NCBI GenBank assembly: GCA_000004985.1
Contig: GG739158.1
From: Naegleria gruberi
Taxonomy: Eukaryota
Length of the DNA stretch: 37,613 bases
Reading direction: 5' to 3' (one strand)
The notes under the pieces are model-generated. The model was not told the origin of the DNA. It saw only the letters and a list, made by a program, of their open reading frames with translations, and made no database searches. Below are positions 7,201-19,200 of this stretch, piece by piece (position 1 is the stretch's first letter; the number at the start of each line of letters is the position of its first letter). Position numbers and translations under genes: made by a program.

Positions 7201-10200
7201 NNNNNNNNNNNNNNNNNNNNNNNNNNNNNNNNNNNNNNNNNNNNNNNNNNNNNNNNNNNNNNNNNNNNNNNNNNNNNNNNNNNNNNNNNNNNNNNNNNNN
7301 NNNNNNNNNNNNNNNNNNNNNNNNNNNNNNNNNNNNNNNNNNNNNNNNNNNNNNNNNNNNNNNNNNNNNNNNNNNNNNNNNNNNNNNNNNNNNNNNNNNN
7401 NNNNNNNNNNNNNNNNNNNNNNNNNNNNNNNNNNNNNNNNNNNNNNNNNNNNNNNNNNNNNNNNNNNNNNNNNNNNNNNNNNNNNNNNNNNNNNNNNNNN
7501 NNNNNNNNNNNNNNNNNNNNNNNNNNNNNNNNNNNNNNNNNNNNNNNNNNNNNNNNNNNNNNNNNNNNNNNNNNNNNNNNNNNNNNNNNNNNNNNNNNNN
7601 NNNNNNNNNNNNNNNNNNNNNNNNNNNNNNNNNNNNNNNNNNNNNNNNNNNNNNNNNNNNNNNNNNNNNNNNNNNNNNNNNNNNNNNNNNNNNNNNNNNN
7701 NNNNNNNNNNNNNNNNNNNNNNNNNNNNNNNNNNNNNNNNNNNNNNNNNNNNNNNNNNNNNNNNNNNNNNNNNNNNNNNNNNNNNNNNNNNNNNNNNNNN
7801 NNNNNNNNNNNNNNNNNNNNNNNNNNNNNNNNNNNNNNNNNNNNNNNNNNNNNNNNNNNNNNNNNNNNNNNNNNNNNNNNNNNNNNNNNNNNNNNNNNNN
7901 NNNNNNNNNNNNNNNNNNNNNNNNNNNNNNNNNNNNNNNNNNNNNNNNNNNNNNNNNNNNNNNNNNNNNNNNNNNNNNNNNNNNNNNNNNNNNNNNNNNN
8001 NNNNNNNNNNNNNNNNNNNNNNNNNNNNNNNNNNNNNNNNNNNNNNNNNNNNNNNNNNNNNNNNNNNNNNNNNNNNNNNNNNNNNNNNNNNNNNNNNNNN
8101 NNNNNNNNNNNNNNNNNNNNNNNNNNNNNNNNNNNNNNNNNNNNNNNNNNNNNNNNNNNNNNNNNNNNNNNNNNNNNNNNNNNNNNNNNNNNNNNNNNNN
8201 NNNNNNNNNNNNNNNNNNNNNNNNNNNNNNNNNNNNNNNNNNNNNNNNNNNNNNNNNNNNNNNNNNNNNNNNNNNNNNNNNNNNNNNNNNNNNNNNNNNN
8301 NNNNNNNNNNNNNNNNNNNNNNNNNNNNNNNNNNNNNNNNNNNNNNNNNNNNNNNNNNNNNNNNNNNNNNNNNNNNNNNNNNNNNNNNNNNNNNNNNNNN
8401 NNNNNNNNNNNNNNNNNNNNNNNNNNNNNNNNNNNNNNNNNNNNNNNNNNNNNNNNNNNNNNNNNNNNNNNNNNNNNNNNNNNNNNNNNNNNNNNNNNNN
8501 NNNNNNNNNNNNNNNNNNNNNNNNNNNNNNNNNNNNNNNNNNNNNNNNNNNNNNNNNNNNNNNNNNNNNNNNNNNNNNNNNNNNNNNNNNNNNNNNNNNN
8601 NNNNNNNNNNNNNNNNNNNNNNNNNNNNNNNNNNNNNNNNNNNNNNNNNNNNNNNNNNNNNNNNNNNNNNNNNNNNNNNNNNNNNNNNNNNNNNNNNNNN
8701 NNNNNNNNNNNNNNNNNNNNNNNNNNNNNNNNNNNNNNNNNNNNNNNNNNNNNNNNNNNNNNNNNNNNNNNNNNNNNNNNNNNNNNNNNNNNNNNNNNNN
8801 NNNNNNNNNNNNNNNNNNNNNNNNNNNNNNNNNNNNNNNNNNNNNNNNNNNNNNNNNNNNNNNNNNNNNNNNNNNNNNNNNNNNNNNNNNNNNNNNNNNN
8901 NNNNNNNNNNNNNNNNNNNNNNNNNNNNNNNNNNNNNNNNNNNNNNNNNNNNNNNNNNNNNNNNNNNNNNNNNNNNNNNNNNNNNNNNNNNNNNNNNNNN
9001 NNNNNNNNNNNNNNNNNNNNNNNNNNNNNNNNNNNNNNNNNNNNNNNNNNNNNNNNNNNNNNNNNNNNNNNNNNNNNNNNNNNNNNNNNNNNNNNNNNNN
9101 NNNNNNNNNNNNNNNNNNNNNNNNNNNNNNNNNNNNNNNNNNNNNNNNNNNNNNNNNNNNNNNNNNNNNNNNNNNNNNNNNNNNNNNNNNNNNNNNNNNN
9201 NNNNNNNNNNNNNNNNNNNNNNNNNNNNNNNNNNNNNNNNNNNNNNNNNNNNNNNNNNNNNNNNNNNNNNNNNNNNNNNNNNNNNNNNNNNNNNNNNNNN
9301 NNNNNNNNNNNNNNNNNNNNNNNNNNNNNNNNNNNNNNNNNNNNNNNNNNNNNNNNNNNNNNNNNNNNNNNNNNNNNNNNNNNNNNNNNNNNNNNNNNNN
9401 NNNNNNNNNNNNNNNNNNNNNNNNNNNNNNNNNNNNNNNNNNNNNNNNNNNNNNNNNNNNNNNNNNNNNNNNNNNNNNNNNNNNNNNNNNNNNNNNNNNN
9501 NNNNNNNNNNNNNNNNNNNNNNNNNNNNNNNNNNNNNNNNNNNNNNNNNNNNNNNNNNNNNNNNNNNNNNNNNNNNNNNNNNNNNNNNNNNNNNNNNNNN
9601 NNNNNNNNNNNNNNNNNNNNNNNNNNNNNNNNNNNNNNNNNNNNNNNNNNNNNNNNNNNNNNNNNNNNNNNNNNNNNNNNNNNNNNNNNNNNNNNNNNNN
9701 NNNNNNNNNNNNNNNNNNNNNNNNNNNNNNNNNNNNNNNNNNNNNNNNNNNNNNNNNNNNNNNNNNNNNNNNNNNNNNNNNNNNNNNNNNNNNNNNNNNN
9801 NNNNNNNNNNNNNNNNNNNNNNNNNNNNNNNNNNNNNNNNNNNNNNNNNNNNNNNNNNNNNNNNNNNNNNNNNNNNNNNNNNNNNNNNNNNNNNNNNNNN
9901 NNNNNNNNNNNNNNNNNNNNNNNNNNNNNNNNNNNNNNNNNNNNNNNNNNNNNNNNNNNNNNNNNNNNNNNNNNNNNNNNNNNNNNNNNNNNNNNNNNNN
10001 NNNNNNNNNNNNNNNNNNNNNNNNNNNNNNNNNNNNNNNNNNNNNNNNNNNNNNNNNNNNNNNNNNNNNNNNNNNNNNNNNNNNNNNNNNNNNNNNNNNN
10101 NNNNNNNNNNNNNNNNNNNNNNNNNNNNNNNNNNNNNNNNNNNNNNNNNNNNNNNNNNNNNNNNNNNNNNNNNNNNNNNNNNNNNNNNNNNNNNNNNNNN

Positions 10201-13200
10201 NNNNNNNNNNNNNNNNNNNNNNNNNNNNNNNNNNNNNNNNNNNNNNNNNNNNNNNNNNNNNNNNNNNNNNNNNNNNNNNNNNNNNNNNNNNNNNNNNNNN
10301 NNNNNNNNNNNNNNNNNNNNNNNNNNNNNNNNNNNNNNNNNNNNNNNNNNNNNNNNNNNNNNNNNNNNNNNNNNNNNNNNNNNNNNNNNNNNNNNNNNNN
10401 NNNNNNNNNNNNNNNNNNNNNNNNNNNNNNNNNNNNNNNNNNNNNNNNNNNNNNNNNNNNNNNNNNNNNNNNNNNNNNNNNNNNNNNNNNNNNNNNNNNN
10501 NNNNNNNNNNNNNNNNNNNNNNNNNNNNNNNNNNNNNNNNNNNNNNNNNNNNNNNNNNNNNNNNNNNNNNNNNNNNNNNNNNNNNNNNNNNNNNNNNNNN
10601 NNNNNNNNNNNNNNNNNNNNNNNNNNNNNNNNNNNNNNNNNNNNNNNNNNNNNNNNNNNNNNNNNNNNNNNNNNNNNNNNNNNNNNNNNNNNNNNNNNNN
10701 NNNNNNNNNNNNNNNNNNNNNNNNNNNNNNNNNNNNNNNNNNNNNNNNNNNNNNNNNNNNNNNNNNNNNNNNNNNNNNNNNNNNNNNNNNNNNNNNNNNN
10801 NNNNNNNNNNNNNNNNNNNNNNNNNNNNNNNNNNNNNNNNNNNNNNNNNNNNNNNNNNNNNNNNNNNNNNNNNNNNNNNNNNNNNNNNNNNNNNNNNNNN
10901 NNNNNNNNNNNNNNNNNNNNNNNNNNNNNNNNNNNNNNNNNNNNNNNNNNNNNNNNNNNNNNNNNNNNNNNNNNNNNNNNNNNNNNNNNNNNNNNNNNNN
11001 NNNNNNNNNNNNNNNNNNNNNNNNNNNNNNNNNNNNNNNNNNNNNNNNNNNNNNNNNNNNNNNNNNNNNNNNNNNNNNNNNNNNNNNNNNNNNNNNNNNN
11101 NNNNNNNNNNNNNNNNNNNNNNNNNNNNNNNNNNNNNNNNNNNNNNNNNNNNNNNNNNNNNNNNNNNNNNNNNNNNNNNNNNNNNNNNNNNNNNNNNNNN
11201 NNNNNNNNNNNNNNNNNNNNNNNNNNNNNNNNNNNNNNNNNNNNNNNNNNNNNNNNNNNNNNNNNNNNNNNNNNNNNNNNNNNNNNNNNNNNNNNNNNNN
11301 NNNNNNNNNNNNNNNNNNNNNNNNNNNNNNNNNNNNNNNNNNNNNNNNNNNNNNNNNNNNNNNNNNNNNNNNNNNNNNNNNNNNNNNNNNNNNNNNNNNN
11401 NNNNNNNNNNNNNNNNNNNNNNNNNNNNNNNNNNNNNNNNNNNNNNNNNNNNNNNNNNNNNNNNNNNNNNNNNNNNNNNNNNNNNNNNNNNNNNNNNNNN
11501 NNNNNNNNNNNNNNNNNNNNNNNNNNNNNNNNNNNNNNNNNNNNNNNNNNNNNNNNNNNNNNNNNNNNNNNNNNNNNNNNNNNNNNNNNNNNNNNNNNNN
11601 NNNNNNNNNNNNNNNNNNNNNNNNNNNNNNNNNNNNNNNNNNNNNNNNNNNNNNNNNNNNNNNNNNNNNNNNNNNNNNNNNNNNNNNNNNNNNNNNNNNN
11701 NNNNNNNNNNNNNNNNNNNNNNNNNNNNNNNNNNNNNNNNNNNNNNNNNNNNNNNNNNNNNNNNNNNNNNNNNNNNNNNNNNNNNNNNNNNNNNNNNNNN
11801 NNNNNNNNNNNNNNNNNNNNNNNNNNNNNNNNNNNNNNNNNNNNNNNNNNNNNNNNNNNNNNNNNNNNNNNNNNNNNNNNNNNNNNNNNNNNNNNNNNNN
11901 NNNNNNNNNNNNNNNNNNNNNNNNNNNNNNNNNNNNNNNNNNNNNNNNNNNNNNNNNNNNNNNNNNNNNNNNNNNNNNNNNNNNNNNNNNNNNNNNNNNN
12001 NNNNNNNNNNNNNNNNNNNNNNNNNNNNNNNNNNNNNNNNNNNNNNNNNNNNNNNNNNNNNNNNNNNNNNNNNNNNNNNNNNNNNNNNNNNNNNNNNNNN
12101 NNNNNNNNNNNNNNNNNNNNNNNNNNNNNNNNNNNNNNNNNNNNNNNNNNNNNNNNNNNNNNNNNNNNNNNNNNNNNNNNNNNNNNNNNNNNNNNNNNNN
12201 NNNNNNNNNNNNNNNNNNNNNNNNNNNNNNNNNNNNNNNNNNNNNNNNNNNNNNNNNNNNNNNNNNNNNNNNNNNNNNNNNNNNNNNNNNNNNNNNNNNN
12301 NNNNNNNNNNNNNNNNNNNNNNNNNNNNNNNNNNNNNNNNNNNNNNNNNNNNNNNNNNNNNNNNNNNNNNNNNNNNNNNNNNNNNNNNNNNNNNNNNNNN
12401 NNNNNNNNNNNNNNNNNNNNNNNNNNNNNNNNNNNNNNNNNNNNNNNNNNNNNNNNNNNNNNNNNNNNNNNNNNNNNNNNNNNNNNNNNNNNNNNNNNNN
12501 NNNNNNNNNNNNNNNNNNNNNNNNNNNNNNNNNNNNNNNNNNNNNNNNNNNNNNNNNNNNNNNNNNNNNNNNNNNNNNNNNNNNNNNNNNNNNNNNNNNN
12601 NNNNNNNNNNNNNNNNNNNNNNNNNNNNNNNNNNNNNNNNNNNNNNNNNNNNNNNNNNNNNNNNNNNNNNNNNNNNNNNNNNNNNNNNNNNNNNNNNNNN
12701 NNNNNNNNNNNNNNNNNNNNNNNNNNNNNNNNNNNNNNNNNNNNNNNNNNNNNNNNNNNNNNNNNNNNNNNNNNNNNNNNNNNNNNNNNNNNNNNNNNNN
12801 NNNNNNNNNNNNNNNNNNNNNNNNNNNNNNNNNNNNNNNNNNNNNNNNNNNNNNNNNNNNNNNNNNNNNNNNNNNNNNNNNNNNNNNNNNNNNNNNNNNN
12901 NNNNNNNNNNNNNNNNNNNNNNNNNNNNNNNNNNNNNNNNNNNNNNNNNNNNNNNNNNNNNNNNNNNNNNNNNNNNNNNNNNNNNNNNNNNNNNNNNNNN
13001 NNNNNNNNNNNNNNNNNNNNNNNNNNNNNNNNNNNNNNNNNNNNNNNNNNNNNNNNNNNNNNNNNNNNNNNNNNNNNNNNNNNNNNNNNNNNNNNNNNNN
13101 NNNNNNNNNNNNNNNNNNNNNNNNNNNNNNNNNNNNNNNNNNNNNNNNNNNNNNNNNNNNNNNNNNNNNNNNNNNNNNNNNNNNNNNNNNNNNNNNNNNN

Positions 13201-16200
13201 NNNNNNNNNNNNNNNNNNNNNNNNNNNNNNNNNNNNNNNNNNNNNNNNNNNNNNNNNNNNNNNNNNNNNNNNNNNNNNNNNNNNNNNNNNNNNNNNNNNN
13301 NNNNNNNNNNNNNNNNNNNNNNNNNNNNNNNNNNNNNNNNNNNNNNNNNNNNNNNNNNNNNNNNNNNNNNNNNNNNNNNNNNNNNNNNNNNNNNNNNNNN
13401 NNNNNNNNNNNNNNNNNNNNNNNNNNNNNNNNNNNNNNNNNNNNNNNNNNNNNNNNNNNNNNNNNNNNNNNNNNNNNNNNNNNNNNNNNNNNNNNNNNNN
13501 NNNNNNNNNNNNNNNNNNNNNNNNNNNNNNNNNNNNNNNNNNNNNNNNNNNNNNNNNNNNNNNNNNNNNNNNNNNNNNNNNNNNNNNNNNNNNNNNNNNN
13601 NNNNNNNNNNNNNNNNNNNNNNNNNNNNNNNNNNNNNNNNNNNNNNNNNNNNNNNNNNNNNNNNNNNNNNNNNNNNNNNNNNNNNNNNNNNNNNNNNNNN
13701 NNNNNNNNNNNNNNNNNNNNNNNNNNNNNNNNNNNNNNNNNNNNNNNNNNNNNNNNNNNNNNNNNNNNNNNNNNNNNNNNNNNNNNNNNNNNNNNNNNNN
13801 NNNNNNNNNNNNNNNNNNNNNNNNNNNNNNNNNNNNNNNNNNNNNNNNNNNNNNNNNNNNNNNNNNNNNNNNNNNNNNNNNNNNNNNNNNNNNNNNNNNN
13901 NNNNNNNNNNNNNNNNNNNNNNNNNNNNNNNNNNNNNNNNNNNNNNNNNNNNNNNNNNNNNNNNNNNNNNNNNNNNNNNNNNNNNNNNNNNNNNNNNNNN
14001 NNNNNNNNNNNNNNNNNNNNNNNNNNNNNNNNNNNNNNNNNNNNNNNNNNNNNNNNNNNNNNNNNNNNNNNNNNNNNNNNNNNNNNNNNNNNNNNNNNNN
14101 NNNNNNNNNNNNNNNNNNNNNNNNNNNNNNNNNNNNNNNNNNNNNNNNNNNNNNNNNNNNNNNNNNNNNNNNNNNNNNNNNNNNNNNNNNNNNNNNNNNN
14201 NNNNNNNNNNNNNNNNNNNNNNNNNNNNNNNNNNNNNNNNNNNNNNNNNNNNNNNNNNNNNNNNNNNNNNNNNNNNNNNNNNNNNNNNNNNNNNNNNNNN
14301 NNNNNNNNNNNNNNNNNNNNNNNNNNNNNNNNNNNNNNNNNNNNNNNNNNNNNNNNNNNNNNNNNNNNNNNNNNNNNNNNNNNNNNNNNNNNNNNNNNNN
14401 NNNNNNNNNNNNNNNNNNNNNNNNNNNNNNNNNNNNNNNNNNNNNNNNNNNNNNNNNNNNNNNNNNNNNNNNNNNNNNNNNNNNNNNNNNNNNNNNNNNN
14501 NNNNNNNNNNNNNNNNNNNNNNNNNNNNNNNNNNNNNNNNNNNNNNNNNNNNNNNNNNNNNNNNNNNNNNNNNNNNNNNNNNNNNNNNNNNNNNNNNNNN
14601 NNNNNNNNNNNNNNNNNNNNNNNNNNNNNNNNNNNNNNNNNNNNNNNNNNNNNNNNNNNNNNNNNNNNNNNNNNNNNNNNNNNNNNNNNNNNNNNNNNNN
14701 NNNNNNNNNNNNNNNNNNNNNNNNNNNNNNNNNNNNNNNNNNNNNNNNNNNNNNNNNNNNNNNNNNNNNNNNNNNNNNNNNNNNNNNNNNNNNNNNNNNN
14801 NNNNNNNNNNNNNNNNNNNNNNNNNNNNNNNNNNNNNNNNNNNNNNNNNNNNNNNNNNNNNNNNNNNNNNNNNNNNNNNNNNNNNNNNNNNNNNNNNNNN
14901 NNNNNNNNNNNNNNNNNNNNNNNNNNNNNNNNNNNNNNNNNNNNNNNNNNNNNNNNNNNNNNNNNNNNNNNNNNNNNNNNNNNNNNNNNNNNNNNNNNNN
15001 NNNNNNNNNNNNNNNNNNNNNNNNNNNNNNNNNNNNNNNNNNNNNNNNNNNNNNNNNNNNNNNNNNNNNNNNNNNNNNNNNNNNNNNNNNNNNNNNNNNN
15101 NNNNNNNNNNNNNNNNNNNNNNNNNNNNNNNNNNNNNNNNNNNNNNNNNNNNNNNNNNNNNNNNNNNNNNNNNNNNNNNNNNNNNNNNNNNNNNNNNNNN
15201 NNNNNNNNNNNNNNNNNNNNNNNNNNNNNNNNNNNNNNNNNNNNNNNNNNNNNNNNNNNNNNNNNNNNNNNNNNNNNNNNNNNNNNNNNNNNNNNNNNNN
15301 NNNNNNNNNNNNNNNNNNNNNNNNNNNNNNNNNNNNNNNNNNNNNNNNNNNNNNNNNNNNNNNNNNNNNNNNNNNNNNNNNNNNNNNNNNNNNNNNNNNN
15401 NNNNNNNNNNNNNNNNNNNNNNNNNNNNNNNNNNNNNNNNNNNNNNNNNNNNNNNNNNNNNNNNNNNNNNNNNNNNNNNNNNNNNNNNNNNNNNNNNNNN
15501 NNNNNNNNNNNNNNNNNNNNNNNNNNNNNNNNNNNNNNNNNNNNNNNNNNNNNNNNNNNNNNNNNNNNNNNNNNNNNNNNNNNNNNNNNNNNNNNNNNNN
15601 NNNNNNNNNNNNNNNNNNNNNNNNNNNNNNNNNNNNNNNNNNNNNNNNNNNNNNNNNNNNNNNNNNNNNNNNNNNNNNNNNNNNNNNNNNNNNNNNNNNN
15701 NNNNNNNNNNNNNNNNNNNNNNNNNNNNNNNNNNNNNNNNNNNNNNNNNNNNNNNNNNNNNNNNNNNNNNNNNNNNNNNNNNNNNNNNNNNNNNNNNNNN
15801 NNNNNNNNNNNNNNNNNNNNNNNNNNNNNNNNNNNNNNNNNNNNNNNNNNNNNNNNNNNNNNNNNNNNNNNNNNNNNNNNNNNNNNNNNNNNNNNNNNNN
15901 NNNNNNNNNNNNNNNNNNNNNNNNNNNNNNNNNNNNNNNNNNNNNNNNNNNNNNNNNNNNNNNNNNNNNNNNNNNNNNNNNNNNNNNNNNNNNNNNNNNN
16001 NNNNNNNNNNNNNNNNNNNNNNNNNNNNNNNNNNNNNNNNNNNNNNNNNNNNNNNNNNNNNNNNNNNNNNNNNNNNNNNNNNNNNNNNNNNNNNNNNNNN
16101 NNNNNNNNNNNNNNNNNNNNNNNNNNNNNNNNNNNNNNNNNNNNNNNNNNNNNNNNNNNNNNNNNNNNNNNNNNNNNNNNNNNNNNNNNNNNNNNNNNNN

Positions 16201-19200
16201 NNNNNNNNNNNNNNNNNNNNNNNNNNNNNNNNNNNNNNNNNNNNNNNNNNNNNNNNNNNNNNNNNNNNNNNNNNNNNNNNNNNNNNNNNNNNNNNNNNNN
16301 NNNNNNNNNNNNNNNNNNNNNNNNNNNNNNNNNNNNNNNNNNNNNNNNNNNNNNNNNNNNNNNNNNNNNNNNNNNNNNNNNNNNNNNNNNNNNNNNNNNN
16401 NNNNNNNNNNNNNNNNNNNNNNNNNNNNNNNNNNNNNNNNNNNNNNNNNNNNNNNNNNNNNNNNNNNNNNNNNNNNNNNNNNNNNNNNNNNNNNNNNNNN
16501 NNNNNNNNNNNNNNNNNNNNNNNNNNNNNNNNNNNNNNNNNNNNNNNNNNNNNNNNNNNNNNNNNNNNNNNNNNNNNNNNNNNNNNNNNNNNNNNNNNNN
16601 NNNNNNNNNNNNNNNNNNNNNNNNNNNNNNNNNNNNNNNNNNNNNNNNNNNNNNNNNNNNNNNNNNNNNNNNNNNNNNNNNNNNNNNNNNNNNNNNNNNN
16701 NNNNNNNNNNNNNNNNNNNNNNNNNNNNNNNNNNNNNNNNNNNNNNNNNNNNNNNNNNNNNNNNNNNNNNNNNNNNNNNNNNNNNNNNNNNNNNNNNNNN
16801 NNNNNNNNNNNNNNNNNNNNNNNNNNNNNNNNNNNNNNNNNNNNNNNNNNNNNNNNNNNNNNNNNNNNNNNNNNNNNNNNNNNNNNNNNNNNNNNNNNNN
16901 NNNNNNNNNNNNNNNNNNNNNNNNNNNNNNNNNNNNNNNNNNNNNNNNNNNNNNNNNNNNNNNNNNNNNNNNNNNNNNNNNNNNNNNNNNNNNNNNNNNN
17001 NNNNNNNNNNNNNNNNNNNNNNNNNNNNNNNNNNNNNNNNNNNNNNNNNNNNNNNNNNNNNNNNNNNNNNNNNNNNNNNNNNNNNNNNNNNNNNNNNNNN
17101 NNNNNNNNNNNNNNNNNNNNNNNNNNNNNNNNNNNNNNNNNNNNNNNNNNNNNNNNNNNNNNNNNNNNNNNNNNNNNNNNNNNNNNNNNNNNNNNNNNNN
17201 NNNNNNNNNNNNNNNNNNNNNNNNNNNNNNNNNNNNNNNNNNNNNNNNNNNNNNNNNNNNNNNNNNNNNNNNNNNNNNNNNNNNNNNNNNNNNNNNNNNN
17301 NNNNNNNNNNNNNNNNNNNNNNNNNNNNNNNNNNNNNNNNNNNNNNNNNNNNNNNNNNNNNNNNNNNNNNNNNNNNNNNNNNNNNNNNNNNNNNNNNNNN
17401 NNNNNNNNNNNNNNNNNNNNNNNNNNNNNNNNNNNNNNNNNNNNNNNNNNNNNNNNNNNNNNNNNNNNNNNNNNNNNNNNNNNNNNNNNNNNNNNNNNNN
17501 NNNNNNNNNNNNNNNNNNNNNNNNNNNNNNNNNNNNNNNNNNNNNNNNNNNNNNNNNNNNNNNNNNNNNNNNNNNNNNNNNNNNNNNNNNNNNNNNNNNN
17601 NNNNNNNNNNNNNNNNNNNNNNNNNNNNNNNNNNNNNNNNNNNNNNNNNNNNNNNNNNNNNNNNNNNNNNNNNNNNNNNNNNNNNNNNNNNNNNNNNNNN
17701 NNNNNNNNNNNNNNNNNNNNNNNNNNNNNNNNNNNNNNNNNNNNNNNNNNNNNNNNNNNNNNNNNNNNNNNNNNNNNNNNNNNNNNNNNNNNNNNNNNNN
17801 NNNNNNNNNNNNNNNNNNNNNNNNNNNNNNNNNNNNNNNNNNNNNNNNNNNNNNNNNNNNNNNNNNNNNNNNNNNNNNNNNNNNNNNNNNNNNNNNNNNN
17901 NNNNNNNNNNNNNNNNNNNNNNNNNNNNNNNNNNNNNNNNNNNNNNNNNNNNNNNNNNNNNNNNNNNNNNNNNNNNNNNNNNNNNNNNNNNNNNNNNNNN
18001 NNNNNNNNNNNNNNNNNNNNNNNNNNNNNNNNNNNNNNNNNNNNNNNNNNNNNNNNNNNNNNNNNNNNNNNNNNNNNNNNNNNNNNNNNNNNNNNNNNNN
18101 NNNNNNNNNNNNNNNNNNNNNNNNNNNNNNNNNNNNNNNNNNNNNNNNNNNNNNNNNNNNNNNNNNNNNNNNNNNNNNNNNNNNNNNNNNNNNNNNNNNN
18201 NNNNNNNNNNNNNNNNNNNNNNNNNNNNNNNNNNNNNNNNNNNNNNNNNNNNNNNNNNNNNNNNNNNNNNNNNNNNNNNNNNNNNNNNNNNNNNNNNNNN
18301 NNNNNNNNNNNNNNNNNNNNNNNNNNNNNNNNNNNNNNNNNNNNNNNNNNNNNNNNNNNNNNNNNNNNNNNNNNNNNNNNNNNNNNNNNNNNNNNNNNNN
18401 NNNNNNNNNNNNNNNNNNNNNNNNNNNNNNNNNNNNNNNNNNNNNNNNNNNNNNNNNNNNNNNNNNNNNNNNNNNNNNNNNNNNNNNNNNNNNNNNNNNN
18501 NNNNNNNNNNNNNNNNNNNNNNNNNNNNNNNNNNNNNNNNNNNNNNNNNNNNNNNNNNNNNNNNNNNNNNNNNNNNNNNNNNNNNNNNNNNNNNNNNNNN
18601 NNNNNNNNNNNNNNNNNNNNNNNNNNNNNNNNNNNNNNNNNNNNNNNNNNNNNNNNNNNNNNNNNNNNNNNNNNNNNNNNNNNNNNNNNNNNNNNNNNNN
18701 NNNNNNNNNNNNNNNNNNNNNNNNNNNNNNNNNNNNNNNNNNNNNNNNNNNNNNNNNNNNNNNNNNNNNNNNNNNNNNNNNNNNNNNNNNNNNNNNNNNN
18801 NNNNNNNNNNNNNNNNNNNNNNNNNNNNNNNNNNNNNNNNNNNNNNNNNNNNNNNNNNNNNNNNNNNNNNNNNNNNNNNNNNNNNNNNNNNNNNNNNNNN
18901 NNNNNNNNNNNNNNNNNNNNNNNNNNNNNNNNNNNNNNNNNNNNNNNNNNNNNNNNNNNNNNNNNNNNNNNNNNNNNNNNNNNNNNNNNNNNNNNNNNNN
19001 NNNNNNNNNNNNNNNNNNNNNNNNNNNNNNNNNNNNNNNNNNNNNNNNNNNNNNNNNNNNNNNNNNNNNNNNNNNNNNNNNNNNNNNNNNNNNNNNNNNN
19101 NNNNNNNNNNNNNNNNNNNNNNNNNNNNNNNNNNNNNNNNNNNNNNNNNNNNNNNNNNNNNNNNNNNNNNNNNNNNNNNNNNNNNNNNNNNNNNNNNNNN